Shown here: one piece after another, positions 30,589 through 40,486 of the stretch | How the letters are laid out: the number at the start of each line of letters is the position of its first letter | Numbering within the stretch: the stretch's first letter is position 1 | Virus record (IMG/VR): IMGVR_UViG_2822706143_000001 | Direction: 5' to 3' (one strand) | Origin: a virus | DNA: 64,000 nucleotides | Program-made: the position numbers and the translations under genes | The notes under the pieces: generated by a model | The model's database searches: none | What the model was told of the DNA's origin: nothing | What the model saw: only the letters and a program-made list of their open reading frames with translations

Positions 30589-31866
30589 CTACATTCTTTT
30601 AACCTTTCCACCCATAACTACTTTACGTTTACTCATATCGTCCTCACATGCATAACGAGTCATATCGATACTATGATTGTCCTTATCTTGTAATCTGTTT
30701 TTCGGATTACCATCTTTATCAACTTCATAATCAATATTTTCAAATTCACCTGCAGTTTTTGGGCAACGCTCAGGATCAATTATGATTTCTACTAAATCAT
30801 CTAACCATTTTTCTCCGTATTCAACAGAACCAGGCCCTTTAATTGCACCCTTGATTTTCTTAATATCATGATCGTTTTTCATTTCATCGATTGATTTTGG
30901 TTCAGAAGAATCCGCAATTATTTCAACATCATCCCAGCCGAGTTTCTTTATCTTTTCAGCTAATGAACGATTACTGATTTTAACACCATGTATTTCACCA
31001 AATATATAAAGCTTCCTGCGTGTTTTGTCATAATGCATACGACCAAAAGACAGCGCGTCATTCCCATAACCCCAGTCAATTCCTTGACGTATAGTATCAA
31101 ATGTTTTAATTTCTTTATCTGTAATACGTCTGAATTTAAGGTTACTAAATGGAACAACACCACTGCCTGTCGGTTTCCCTTCATATTCATGTTCGTATTG
31201 CTGCGGTTTCAGCCTTTTCGTTTCTTCTGCTTCTTCTACAAACTGCTTAGAAATATGCGGGTTATCATGGTATGTACTATGATGTACAAATGTATTCTTT
31301 GGTCTGAATTGCGTTTCAAACTTCTTATTAACCCAGGATTGTTTTCTCTTCGGTGGGTTGTATGAGTAATACATTTTATATCGCAATCCATTCGGTAATT
31401 CTTTACGCAAAATAGATTTTTCTATTGTAGAAACATCTTCTTCTAATTTAAATTCGGCCAATTCTTCAAACCATGCAATAGCAACTGGATATTTTGCTAT
31501 CTTAATAGATTTGATTTTTGCAGGGTCATCAGCGCCACGGAATATCATTTTGTTTCCACGCGGCTTATAAATGATTTCCATTGGACTTTCTTTAAAACGA
31601 AATAAATGCTCTACACCTAGTATTTCTATAGCTTCTTTTATTTGCTCATAGCAAGATTCCCTTATTGTATCCTTTACTTTACGTATGCAAAGCACTGTAA
31701 TAGGAAACTGAATAAGATCCATAACAATACAAATGGATATATCAGTAGATTTACCCGAACCACGCCCGCCTTTACAAACGATTTTTAATATCGATTCACA
31801 TTTACGAGCTAACCAAACTTGATGAAATGCCGGTGGCAGTATTTCACCGATTTGCTTTTTAGACAT
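30589..31866 (-). CDS. terL: Terminase large subunit (PBSX family)
   Basis: Walker A GGRGSGKS, WFEELAEF, SYNPP, GIDWG, DNHSIDMTRY. Confidence 0.95.
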   Translation of the reverse strand: MSKKQIGEILPPAFHQVWLARKCESILKIVCKGGRGSGKSTDISICIVMDLIQFPITVLCIRKVKDTIRESCYEQIKEAIEILGVEHLFRFKESPMEIIYKPRGNKMIFRGADDPAKIKSIKIAKYPVAIAWFEELAEFKLEEDVSTIEKSILRKELPNGLRYKMYYSYNPPKRKQSWVNKKFETQFRPKNTFVHHSTYHDNPHISKQFVEEAEETKRLKPQQYEHEYEGKPTGSGVVPFSNLKFRRITDKEIKTFDTIRQGIDWGYGNDALSFGRMHYDKTRRKLYIFGEIHGVKISNRSLAEKIKKLGWDDVEIIADSSEPKSIDEMKNDHDIKKIKGAIKGPGSVEYGEKWLDDLVEIIIDPERCPKTAGEFENIDYEVDKDGNPKNRLQDKDNHSIDMTRYACEDDMSKRKVVMGGKVKRM

Positions 31867-32664
31867 TTAAATCACCACTGACATTATCTACAATGACAAC
31901 TGGATCAATATTGTTATCATCATTATTAGTATTAGATTTAATTTTGTCGATTTGAACCTGGATAAATTCAAGTTTGGCACGTCGCTCATCATCTATATTT
32001 GCTAATCTGTCAAAATCTCTAATAAGAGCAGACAAAGTAGAAAGGGCCTTAGATTGAGCATTTAAAAAACTCGCTTGCTTATCCCAAGCAAATTGAATTT
32101 CCCACTCTTCTTCAAATCCGCTTTCACTAAGTTTTTTCTTTCTTAGTTCCTTTGTCATGTCCTCTTTATTATTAACGAACATAATACGTTGAGCATGAAT
32201 GATTTGAGCGTGCTGCAACATTATACTTTCCCATAGAATCGATAAAGGATCATTGTTAATCGCTTCCTCTAGCTCTTCTTTTAAATCATATAATTCTTTT
32301 GGTAAATACTTTCTATATAAACCATGAGTAGCAGCATTACCATTACGCAATGGAGCAGAACCTCCGGGATTACCAGCAGCGTTTTTATTGCCCTTTTTAG
32401 CTCCACCGCGATTGTTTACAGCATTCTTATTACCTTTGGGTGCTCCTGGTTTCTTTTTGGAGTACTCCGTATCTTTCTTTGGAGTACTCCGTTTAATTGG
32501 TCTATCCATCCATCTTTGGATTTCCATCCACCAACCGTTTTTTCACTTACAGTTTTTTCGGATGTAGACAACAATTCGGAAATTTTACGATTCGTAATAT
32601 CACCGTTATGTTCTTTAAATATTTCATACGCTTTGTTACGGTCTGGACTTCGTTGTCTGGCCAT
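31859..32664 (-). pseudogene. terS: Terminase small subunit, split by a frameshift
   Basis: The N-terminal HTH (MARQRSPDR...WKSKDGW) and the GAPKGNKNA..GN.NA.THGLY part lie in different frames, overlapping at GGAGTACTCC repeats. Confidence 0.75.
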
Positions 32665-32685
32665 AATTACATAACACCTGCCCCC

Positions 32686-32865
32686 TTATCCAATTGTTTG
32701 TACTTCCTTCTCCAAACACTCAATACATATATGAGCATTATCCGTATTTGCTTCACGGAGATATGTTTTATCAAAATGAGTAATAGTTAATGGCATTTTT
32801 AATGTCCACATGCAGGGTTCATTACAAACAGAGCATGTAGGAACGTTTATATTACCTTCTTCCAT
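32686..32865 (-). CDS. Small CxxC...CxxC protein upstream of terS
   Basis: Manual translation MEEGNINVPTCSVCNEPCMWTLKMPL...HICIECLEKEVQTIG (59 aa); GAGGTGG RBS. Confidence 0.7.
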   Translation of the reverse strand: MEEGNINVPTCSVCNEPCMWTLKMPLTITHFDKTYLREANTDNAHICIECLEKEVQTIG

Positions 32866-32945
32866 TTACACCACCTCACGCTAATCGTTTTACAAAATAA
32901 AAAAGCAGCGAATTCGCTACTTTAAGAAAATCTTCTTATTAATCA

Positions 32946-33179
32946 TTAAAACCACGGTTGCCATGATGGCATTACATTGTCATCAGATGGCTTCACTTCA
33001 GCATCGTATCCATCTAATTTACTCACGCCAATAAAACGCAGTTCCTCTTTATACAAATCACTACTCGATTCAGTTTCCATATTTTCAAGAATGATTGTAC
33101 CTTGAATTGACTTGTCATCTTCTTCGATTATCGCAACTACATCAACGGGAACACCCATTTCAAATCCATTTTTTCTCAC
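32946..33179 (-). CDS. Hypothetical protein
   Basis: ORF overlapping 33160-33375. Confidence 0.45.
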   Translation of the reverse strand: MRKNGFEMGVPVDVVAIIEEDDKSIQGTIILENMETESSSDLYKEELRFIGVSKLDGYDAEVKPSDDNVMPSWQPWF

Positions 33180-33375
33180 GCGAAGTGACTAACACTCCCC
33201 ATGTCCACTCTGTAATATCTATAGACTCTGTAGCATTAATCCATTCTTTCTTCGTATTCTCAATTAACCTTACGAATGCGTCGGAGAAATCAATATTCGC
33301 GCCATTAACTTTCAATTCTTTTAATTTTTTAGTTATATCTTTAGTAACCAATGCGTCATCTCCTTTTTCTTCCAT
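33160..33375 (-). CDS. Hypothetical protein
   Basis: ORF in phage orientation. Confidence 0.45.
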   Translation of the reverse strand: MEEKGDDALVTKDITKKLKELKVNGANIDFSDAFVRLIENTKKEWINATESIDITEWTWGVLVTSREKKWI

Positions 33376-33458
33376 ATTACCATGAAAAAGAATCTTATTT
33401 TTAAAAATCCGTTAGGAAATTTATTATATGCACGGGAAATGAATACATATTCAAAATG

Positions 33459-33486
33459 ACTACCGATAAGGTTACTTATGTAAACA
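33459..33486 (+). other. dif-like Xer recombination site A
   Basis: ACTACCGATAA-GGTTAC-TTATGTAAACA vs B. subtilis dif ACTTCCTAGAA-TATATA-TTATGTAAACT (11-6-11). Confidence 0.7.
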
Positions 33487-33843
33487 AGACTTTCGGGAAA
33501 TATGCCGTCATATCAACGTTTGTGGCAATTTCATGAACTTCCACTTACAACATGTTTTATACATCGTTGATTTTACGCTGTTATTCCCCTAAAACCTCCG
33601 CTTTCCCTTGTATAAACTTCACTTAGTTAACTATCTCTATTTTTATCGAAATTTACGTAACAAAATATATGATGTGTTACATTAGATGGTTTTTAAATCA
33701 CCTTTACAATATTTGGTTTGTGTTGAGTTTGTTTTGTTAGAACAAGGTAAATCTATCAATTCTATTAAATCCATCAATTTAACTATTACATATTAATATT
33801 CAACTCATATACTGTAGTAGTTTACTAGAAGGGAGGCGTAACC

Positions 33844-33981
33844 ATGGAAAGTTGCGTTGTGTTTGTAAATGGCCAACCTTTTTTAGTTCTTACAGTAGCT
33901 GGTATCGAGATTGCTAGATTAGAGATTTCTCTTCAAGTAGCATTAGCTCTAAGAGTGCTTGGAATACCGATTTGTGATTAA
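33844..33981 (+). CDS. DUF3956-like small Cys-containing protein (ExsG-like)
   Basis: MESCVVFVNGQPFLVLTVAGIEIARLEISLQVALALRVLGIPICD; GGGAGG RBS; AC-N16-CATAtacTG sigma-K-like promoter; terminator about 33992-34025. Confidence 0.8.
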   Translation: MESCVVFVNGQPFLVLTVAGIEIARLEISLQVALALRVLGIPICD

Positions 33982-34464
33982 TTAGCATATCAAAAGAAAA
34001 AGAGGGATTCAGCCCTCTTTTTTTATTTTTCTTATCTTTCATTTGCACCAATTTGATTCATCATTGACCCATTAACGTTTAGGGCATTTACAACCATCAC
34101 GTATCGTATGAGAGCCTCTTCAAATCCACAACTTCTATTCAAGCACCATTTCTTTAATGGTATTTTCAAAGTACAATCTCCTCCAAAATAAAAAGAACCT
34201 GAATGGATGCTCTGATATCAATTATTTATTTGTACTTTAATTACGGTAAATGAAGTTTTACCCTTCTTCCAATCACCTAATGTTGCTGCAACAATCTTTT
34301 TATGCATTATTAAGTAACTGAAAGAAGAGCAAAAGCTCTCCTTAATAACGGTATCATTCAATCACTACCATCTGCTGGTTTCGGATTTTATGCGCCGTCA
34401 TTACGAACCGTTTAGAATTTTAGAAAAAACATAGTGAGTAGTGTTTTCCGCCACCTCTCACAAT

Positions 34465-34540
34465 ACAAATATAACATGCTAATTCCAAAACAACCGGCAC
34501 ACTTACTGCCAAATAACGGTCACGATTCTGCCATTTATTT
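34465..34540 (-). promoter_or_regulatory. Putative ArpU-activated late promoter with 11-bp-periodic repeats
   Basis: cggcac/ctgcca/cggtca/ctgcca at 11-bp spacing (34495-34533) with TATATT downstream on the minus strand; conserved in the remnant at about 59090-59161. Confidence 0.6.
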
Positions 34541-34620
34541 TAATTCGCTAATAACCTTTATTTTCCTAGATTACCTCACTGCAACAGCTACACTGAATAA
34601 ATTGAACTTTCTTTCAATAA

Positions 34621-35137
34621 CTATGCTTGATCGGATTGTAGAACATGTAATGGAGGCGGAATAATCCAACCTTTTTTCTTATTCAGACGAAGTAATATAG
34701 CTCCAGCTTGTGCTTTTTTCATATGAAATTGACCAAACATCATTCCAACATCTTCTCGAAGAGATTGTCCCATAGCTTGACTACATGCTACTAAGCCAGC
34801 AGCAAGATCCATAGAAACTTTAGCTGCAATTTCTGCATCATTAATACGAGCACCAGGAGGAATCGTTTCAATAGATGCGACTGGTCTTTCTGGAGGTGCT
34901 GGTGGTAATGCAACACCATTCAATTTCAAGATATTTTTTAATTCTTCAACTTCTGATTGGATATCATTCTCTACAAGGTTTTCTAAAAATTTCTTTAAAT
35001 CCTCGTCTCCTGTATGGTTAATAAGAACCTGATATCCAGCAATTGCGCCTTGTGCCGCTGCAAGATAACTCCAAATTCCAAAGACTTCTCCGTAGTGCAT
35101 TGGTTCATTTTGTGGATTTCCACTTAAAATACCCATA
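34621..35137 (-). CDS. DUF3231 family protein (spore-associated ferritin-like fold)
   Basis: MGILSGNPQNEPMHYGEV..., REDVGMMF, KKGWIIPPP; AAGGAGG RBS. Confidence 0.85.
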
Positions 35138-35482
35138 AAAATATTCCTCCTTAAAGAAATTAGACTTTTAGCAACAATACTTACTATAGAAAAAATTTTC
35201 TCAATCATGTTCTTGATTAAAGAAAATAAGTTCTTATAACTCATAAGGAACACCTTACCCAAATATAGTAATTACCTCCCATAGAATGTACCGTTACCAA
35301 AAATTTATGCTTATAAAGAATAAATACATTTCAATTAACTTAATCCATTATTATTAAGTACTTTTAATAATAAAAATTAAAGATATTTATCATAATTTGA
35401 TTTCAATTGGTTTTATATATTTTTAACCGAATATTGTCTAAAGGAACTGGAGACATTACTAAATGCGAAAGGAGGGAAAATC

Positions 35483-35812
35483 ATGAAGAAAAAACTTTCA
35501 TCTATTTTAGGTGCCCTATTACTAACTATTACGGTTTTTGGTACAAGCGTCCATGCTGAATACGATGGATATAATACGAATAGAGTTAACAACAATAATA
35601 TTACAAATCGAGCTAATGACTATAACACGACTAGAGTTAATGACTATAACATGAATAGAGTTAATAATGATGTGCGAACTCGAAATGTAAATACGACAAA
35701 TGATTTAAATGATAATCGTAATAAAAATAATAATTGGACTTGGCTTGGTTTGTTGGGACTACTAGGATTATTTGGTCTTAGAAAAAAAGACAATGATCCA
35801 GAAAGACGTTAA
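35483..35812 (+). CDS. Secreted WGxxGxxG-CTERM family protein
   Basis: Signal peptide, Asn-rich repeats, C-terminal NNWTWLGLLGLLGLFGLRKK. Confidence 0.85.
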   Translation: MKKKLSSILGALLLTITVFGTSVHAEYDGYNTNRVNNNNITNRANDYNTTRVNDYNMNRVNNDVRTRNVNTTNDLNDNRNKNNNWTWLGLLGLLGLFGLRKKDNDPERR

Positions 35813-36162
35813 TGTAAAACATTGTATTTAATTTTAAAAGATATTTATTTTTTAAAAATTAAATACAATTGTGATTTGAACCATAATTTTGCCGATTGGG
35901 CAGGCTTATGGTTCTTTCAGTTTGTGGCGATTCTCCTATAACCTCAATGTCTGCCTATACTATCCAAGACTGTTTCACCTATTGCTTATTAAGAGCAGGA
36001 GGTAATTTCTACGAATGTCAAAATATATGTAAACCACATCAACGGTAAAGAGTGTACCTGTCCTCTTTGAGCCCCTCAATCCTTGAAGGGCTCCCACGCT
36101 AGTTAATCAAATAATCTCTTCGCTTCGCTAAATCCATTTTGATTGACCAACATCCTTTTTTC

Positions 36163-36396
36163 CTATAACAGGGCCCTTACTACTACACCAAGTACTCCTG
36201 TTAACAATCCGCTTATGATTAATCGTAAAATCCATGTAGTATTTGCACTAATTTTATCTAATTGTTTATTTATAGTTAAAACATCCTTTTCAGCTACTAG
36301 TATTCTTGTTTCTAAATTTTTCATATCATGTTGCATAGCTTTTAAATCTAGTTTTATTTGATTAAAATCTTTTTCTAGTTCCTCCAATTTTGTCAT
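36163..36396 (-). CDS. XhlA-family small membrane protein
   Basis: Coiled coil, LDKISANTTWILRLII and a C-terminal TM helix. Confidence 0.75.
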   Translation of the reverse strand: MTKLEELEKDFNQIKLDLKAMQHDMKNLETRILVAEKDVLTINKQLDKISANTTWILRLIISGLLTGVLGVVVRALL

Positions 36397-36823
36397 ATAA
36401 CATATTTCTCCTTTAAAATTTATTTTTAACACTATATATACATATGATAATTAAAGGATAATGATACAAAGAGAAGTCCCAAATCTAGTAGGGGTGCACA
36501 ACCTGCCCATCAAGCTACATTAATAAAAAACAGATGCAATTAATCGGAAACAATGAATTTCTTAACTTAAAAGTAATAGAGCATTACATCTGTTTGAAAA
36601 AACTACATTCCTTTTTTATGCCTTTTCTTCACTTACCCATATGTTCTATTGTGTGTAACTGCCCCTTTTGCTGAATCCCTTGGTATCATTGATTTCATTT
36701 TACTTTCTCTTTTGAGTTACACAGTACGAAAATTATGAGTAACTGTATAGGGATACCACCAGTATTTTGCAAAATAACCTACGCTATGAGGAAAAATAAA
36801 ATAAGCTGCCCATGCGGACAGCT

Positions 36824-36851
36824 TATTTACATAATTATCGTTACTGGAAGT
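36824..36851 (-). other. dif-like Xer recombination site B
   Basis: Minus strand ACTTCCAGTAA-CGATAA-TTATGTAAATA. Confidence 0.75.
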
Positions 36852-36941
36852 GAATAGTTTCAGATTAAAATGAACTAAATAATCAGGGGAGCGGTCAAGT
36901 CCAAACCGAGTTCTGTATGTAACATATATTGATTAAATGTA

Positions 36942-38108
36942 TTGATAAAGAAAGTGAGGCTAACACAAATGAACACTTCCAATCAATTTAACCCTCCTAT
37001 TCTGTTTATCCCAAAAGAGAAAGAATGTTACGAAAAAAGAATATGTGTCTTGGTTTCCATCAAGATAGATCCTAAGACTTTATCTCTTTGTTCAAGTTTG
37101 AGCCATCAGTTTACTGCGACAGGCACGTATTCTGACAAATCAACTAGGGACATTACAAAACTTGTAGAGTGGTACTCTAGCAATCTTTCAAGTGCAATAG
37201 TTTCAAATGAGGAAGAAACAAAAGGTTTGACTACAGCAATTAATACTGGGGAAGCTCAAATTTTTGCAAGATTAGACGGAATCATGAGTTCGGATAGTTG
37301 TCTCACCGTTACTGAACCAGTGGTTCAAATGACAAATTTAAAGGGATCCAATGATTATACGTTGGATATAAATAAAACAGTTTCTACTACTGAGACAACC
37401 AGTATGAATTGTCCTAGTAGCACTTTCGTTTTTGGTAAGGGCGTCTTACTGCTTGAGAATGATGTTGCTTCCTATGACTTCGCCAAACAACTTTGGTCAC
37501 TCACTCAATATACTGTTGTGCAGATATCTCCATCAATTATCAAAGATCAATACACTACAGGTAAACAACTGGCAGCGGATTACTGGTGTGTTTGGATCGA
37601 AATCCAAGGGAATATTACTGATCTGGACGTCATGGAATTAATGCAACCAGGAGGAATCATTGATGAATTCACCAAGCTTGGTGGAATTTTCATTGTACAC
37701 GATACCGATACTAATCCAATAATTGTAACATCTTCTGAAGGATTTGAGTTCATTGGGGGTAAATCTGAGTCACTAACACAATTTTCGAAGCTTGTACAAA
37801 TACCTTTGTCCTTTGAGTATCTTCGAACATATTTATATAATAACTCTATCAAGAAAGAAGGTGACTCTATGGCTCTTGAAACTAACTGTCAGACTTGTAC
37901 TCCTCCTGAAGGTTCCACATCGATTCTTACTGTGGATATACCAGGTGGTCTAGCTATTAATCTATTGGGGATTCATATCGAAGCTTGTCCGATCTGCGTT
38001 ACAGTATTCATTGATGGATCTGATACACTTACATCTCAACAACAAGATATCGCAAATAATCTCATCAAAGTAGTACAGAGTTTGGTTCCAACTATTCCTG
38101 GTGCTTAA
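36942..38108 (+). CDS. Ig-like (Big_2) domain protein with Cys-rich C-terminal module
   Basis: QFTATGTYSD.STRDIT..VEWYSSN...A.VS motif; start codon uncertain; internal RBS and ATG at 37869. Confidence 0.65.
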   Translation: MIKKVRLTQMNTSNQFNPPILFIPKEKECYEKRICVLVSIKIDPKTLSLCSSLSHQFTATGTYSDKSTRDITKLVEWYSSNLSSAIVSNEEETKGLTTAINTGEAQIFARLDGIMSSDSCLTVTEPVVQMTNLKGSNDYTLDINKTVSTTETTSMNCPSSTFVFGKGVLLLENDVASYDFAKQLWSLTQYTVVQISPSIIKDQYTTGKQLAADYWCVWIEIQGNITDLDVMELMQPGGIIDEFTKLGGIFIVHDTDTNPIIVTSSEGFEFIGGKSESLTQFSKLVQIPLSFEYLRTYLYNNSIKKEGDSMALETNCQTCTPPEGSTSILTVDIPGGLAINLLGIHIEACPICVTVFIDGSDTLTSQQQDIANNLIKVVQSLVPTIPGA

Positions 38109-38214
38109 AGGGAAATAGTTTGTAATTTAATACAGGGCTTGACCAAAAAACGGTCGAGTCTTTTTTTCCAAAATGCTGGCGATACCCCTAGATTTAAAAA
38201 GAAAAAAGCAATGA

Positions 38215-38757
38215 TTAGATTTTAAACCTAGTCATTGCTTTATCCATTTCATCTTGATTTACACCTATATAACGTAATGTGACCTTCTCTGACGAGTGAT
38301 TGAATATCTCCATGAGTAATGCTATGTTTTTCGTTTGCATGTACATATGATACCCGTACGTCTTTCTTAGCGTATGTGTTCCTATTTCATCTAATCCGAA
38401 CTCTGCTGCGGCTATACTTAATATCTTATATGCCATGCTGCGACCGATAGGACGATTCTTCCCTTGTCTACTTTGTAATAAATACTCATTATCTTCTCTT
38501 TCTTCAATGAACCATTTAAGTTCTCTTTTTAATGCTGCAGTAATTTGAATACGTTTTTGTTTTCCTGTTTTCTTTTCCCTCATAGAGATATGGCTGCCTT
38601 TGACATCACCTACTTTTAATTTCAAAATATCTGATATTCTAAGACCTGTATTAATACCCATAATGAAGAGAATGTAATTACGTAAGCTCTTTTCCTTAAA
38701 ATACTCTTTTAGCTGCTGTATTTCTTCTGGATCACGTATTGGCTGAACAAAATTCAT
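38215..38757 (-). CDS. Small tyrosine recombinase (catalytic domain only, 180 aa)
   Basis: GLRISD (R), KTGK (K), THTLRKT (HxxR), NHSS (H), LRYIG (Y). Confidence 0.92.
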   Translation of the reverse strand: MNFVQPIRDPEEIQQLKEYFKEKSLRNYILFIMGINTGLRISDILKLKVGDVKGSHISMREKKTGKQKRIQITAALKRELKWFIEEREDNEYLLQSRQGKNRPIGRSMAYKILSIAAAEFGLDEIGTHTLRKTYGYHMYMQTKNIALLMEIFNHSSEKVTLRYIGVNQDEMDKAMTRFKI

Positions 38758-39239
38758 TATTCATTACCTCCAGTCTCTTCTGTCTCGTAAACTTCTAATC
38801 CAAGTGCAAAAGCAAGCTTATAAAAAGCTTTAGACTTCCAACGTCGATAAGTACGCTCTGACATTCCGATTTCGTTATAGACCATGTAATCACATACATC
38901 CTCTTCTTCTAAATAACGTTTATAAATAATATCCCTTTGAATACTTCCAGCACGTCCGTTTCCTAATCGAGTTAGAAACTGATCAATACGTACTGACATT
39001 CTCTCAAGCCACTCTTCTCGTTTACTTTGTTGAATATTCGCTATAGCAACATCTTCTAACGGTTTTCCGACTGCATGTGTAGGACCATGCTCACGTATTT
39101 CATAAGAAGGAGTGACCTTCATTTCTTTACGCATCATCCCGAATTGTCTATGTATACGTATACTTTCCAACACGCCTTCTAATTCCTCTTGGGTTGCCGT
39201 TCTATCGATTTTTGGTAAGAAAGATAATTGTTTAGTCAT
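38757..39239 (-). CDS. ArpU-family late (packaging/lysis) transcriptional activator
   Basis: IIYKRYLEE..CDYMVYNEIGMSERTYRRWKSKAFYKLAFAL. Confidence 0.9.
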   Translation of the reverse strand: MTKQLSFLPKIDRTATQEELEGVLESIRIHRQFGMMRKEMKVTPSYEIREHGPTHAVGKPLEDVAIANIQQSKREEWLERMSVRIDQFLTRLGNGRAGSIQRDIIYKRYLEEEDVCDYMVYNEIGMSERTYRRWKSKAFYKLAFALGLEVYETEETGGNE

Positions 39240-39266
39240 GTAAGACCACTCCTTTTTATTTTTTAA

Positions 39267-39446
39267 TTATTTTTGTCTTAAAGCTCCACGTCTCAGCTCA
39301 TAACAAGGTCTATGCATCCCCATTAAATCCTCAATTTCACGAGTGCTAAATTTCTCTTTTCGTTTTTTCTTATTTTTCTTTTTTGATTGGTTCGATTGCT
39401 TTTTCCATTCACGTAATTGATCTTTTAATACCTTCATTCCCCACAT
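39267..39446 (-). CDS. Small basic phage protein
   Basis: MWGMKVLKDQLREWKKQS...EIEDLMGMHRPCYELRRGALRQK; AAAGGGG RBS. Confidence 0.7.
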   Translation of the reverse strand: MWGMKVLKDQLREWKKQSNQSKKKNKKKRKEKFSTREIEDLMGMHRPCYELRRGALRQK

Positions 39447-39597
39447 CCCCTTTTTTAAAATAAAAAGGACACCTATTCTTAAAACAGCTTTAATTACTGC
39501 TTTAATGAATTGGTGTCCTCTAGTTTTCTAGCCGGACTATATTCTGTTTGCTTTCACTTTAAAAGAATTATTGTTTTAACTGTTCTATTAAATTACT

Positions 39598-39785
39598 CTA
39601 TTCATCATTCCCTTCCAATTCCTCACTCTCTTCACGTATTTGTCCAATTAATGAAATTACAGAACCAACCGCTTGAACCCAACTTCCTATAATATCTATT
39701 AGCTTCCCTTCTTCATTTTCAGTAGTTTCGTTGTTTACCTGAGTGTTTGTATCTTTCTCCACATCATTTACTTTACCTTCTTTAT
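39598..39785 (-). pseudogene. C-terminal fragment of a DUF6944-like repetitive protein
   Basis: KLIDIIGSWVQAVGSVISLIGQ with no proper start. Confidence 0.45.
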
Positions 39786-40390
39786 TAGACTGTCACTCCT
39801 ACTACAGCATTTTCATATGTTATTGTGTAGCCGCATCTTTTCGGTTGTAAGCTCATTCATTTTATTTCTTAAAAACCTTCATGAAGTATCCTGCACTACA
39901 CACTCCGAGGAAAAGCGCTGTTCGAAGGCGCTCTTTTTTATCCTAATAATATTCACGATTTTGTACATACTACTCATAAGCTGCTTTCTTAACAGTGTTT
40001 GCAGCCCGGAACCTTTTTTAGGAAAAGGGGCAGTTAGCTTTTGCTAGCTGCTCCTTTTGATTTGCATCCCAACCATGAATGCAGTAGTTATATAAACTTC
40101 CATCAATATGCTCTGTACGTCCGTTGTATGTAACTTTTGTCCCACAAACTTCATTAACTTCTCGGACACTGCTTCTTGCTGTAAAAACATCATCTTAGTT
40201 TGCGAGGTAAATATAGAAGTGCCCTAATCCTGTATTACGGACCATCGCTTTTCCTTTGCAATCTTTCTTCAATTTACTTCTTAATGTTTCAATGTACATC
40301 TATTTCACCACTTTTCTACAAAATGAAATTTTTATATACATAAATACCTGACTAAATACCTAAAATAATTAAAAATTTAGGTGGTATTCA

Positions 40391-40486
40391 ATGAAAACAG
40401 CACTCACGATCCTTAAATATTTATTAATTACACTAGGAATTACTTGCTTAATTATTTTAGGTTACATATGGTATTTTCCACATTAA
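40391..40486 (+). CDS. 31-aa single-TM peptide
   Basis: MKTALTILKYLLITLGITCLIILGYIWYFPH; AGGTGG RBS. Confidence 0.7.
   Translation: MKTALTILKYLLITLGITCLIILGYIWYFPH

Noticed and set aside
36005-36035. Weak dif-like match ATTTCTACGAA-N9-ATATGTAAACC
   Set aside because: Spacer too long and arms degenerate.
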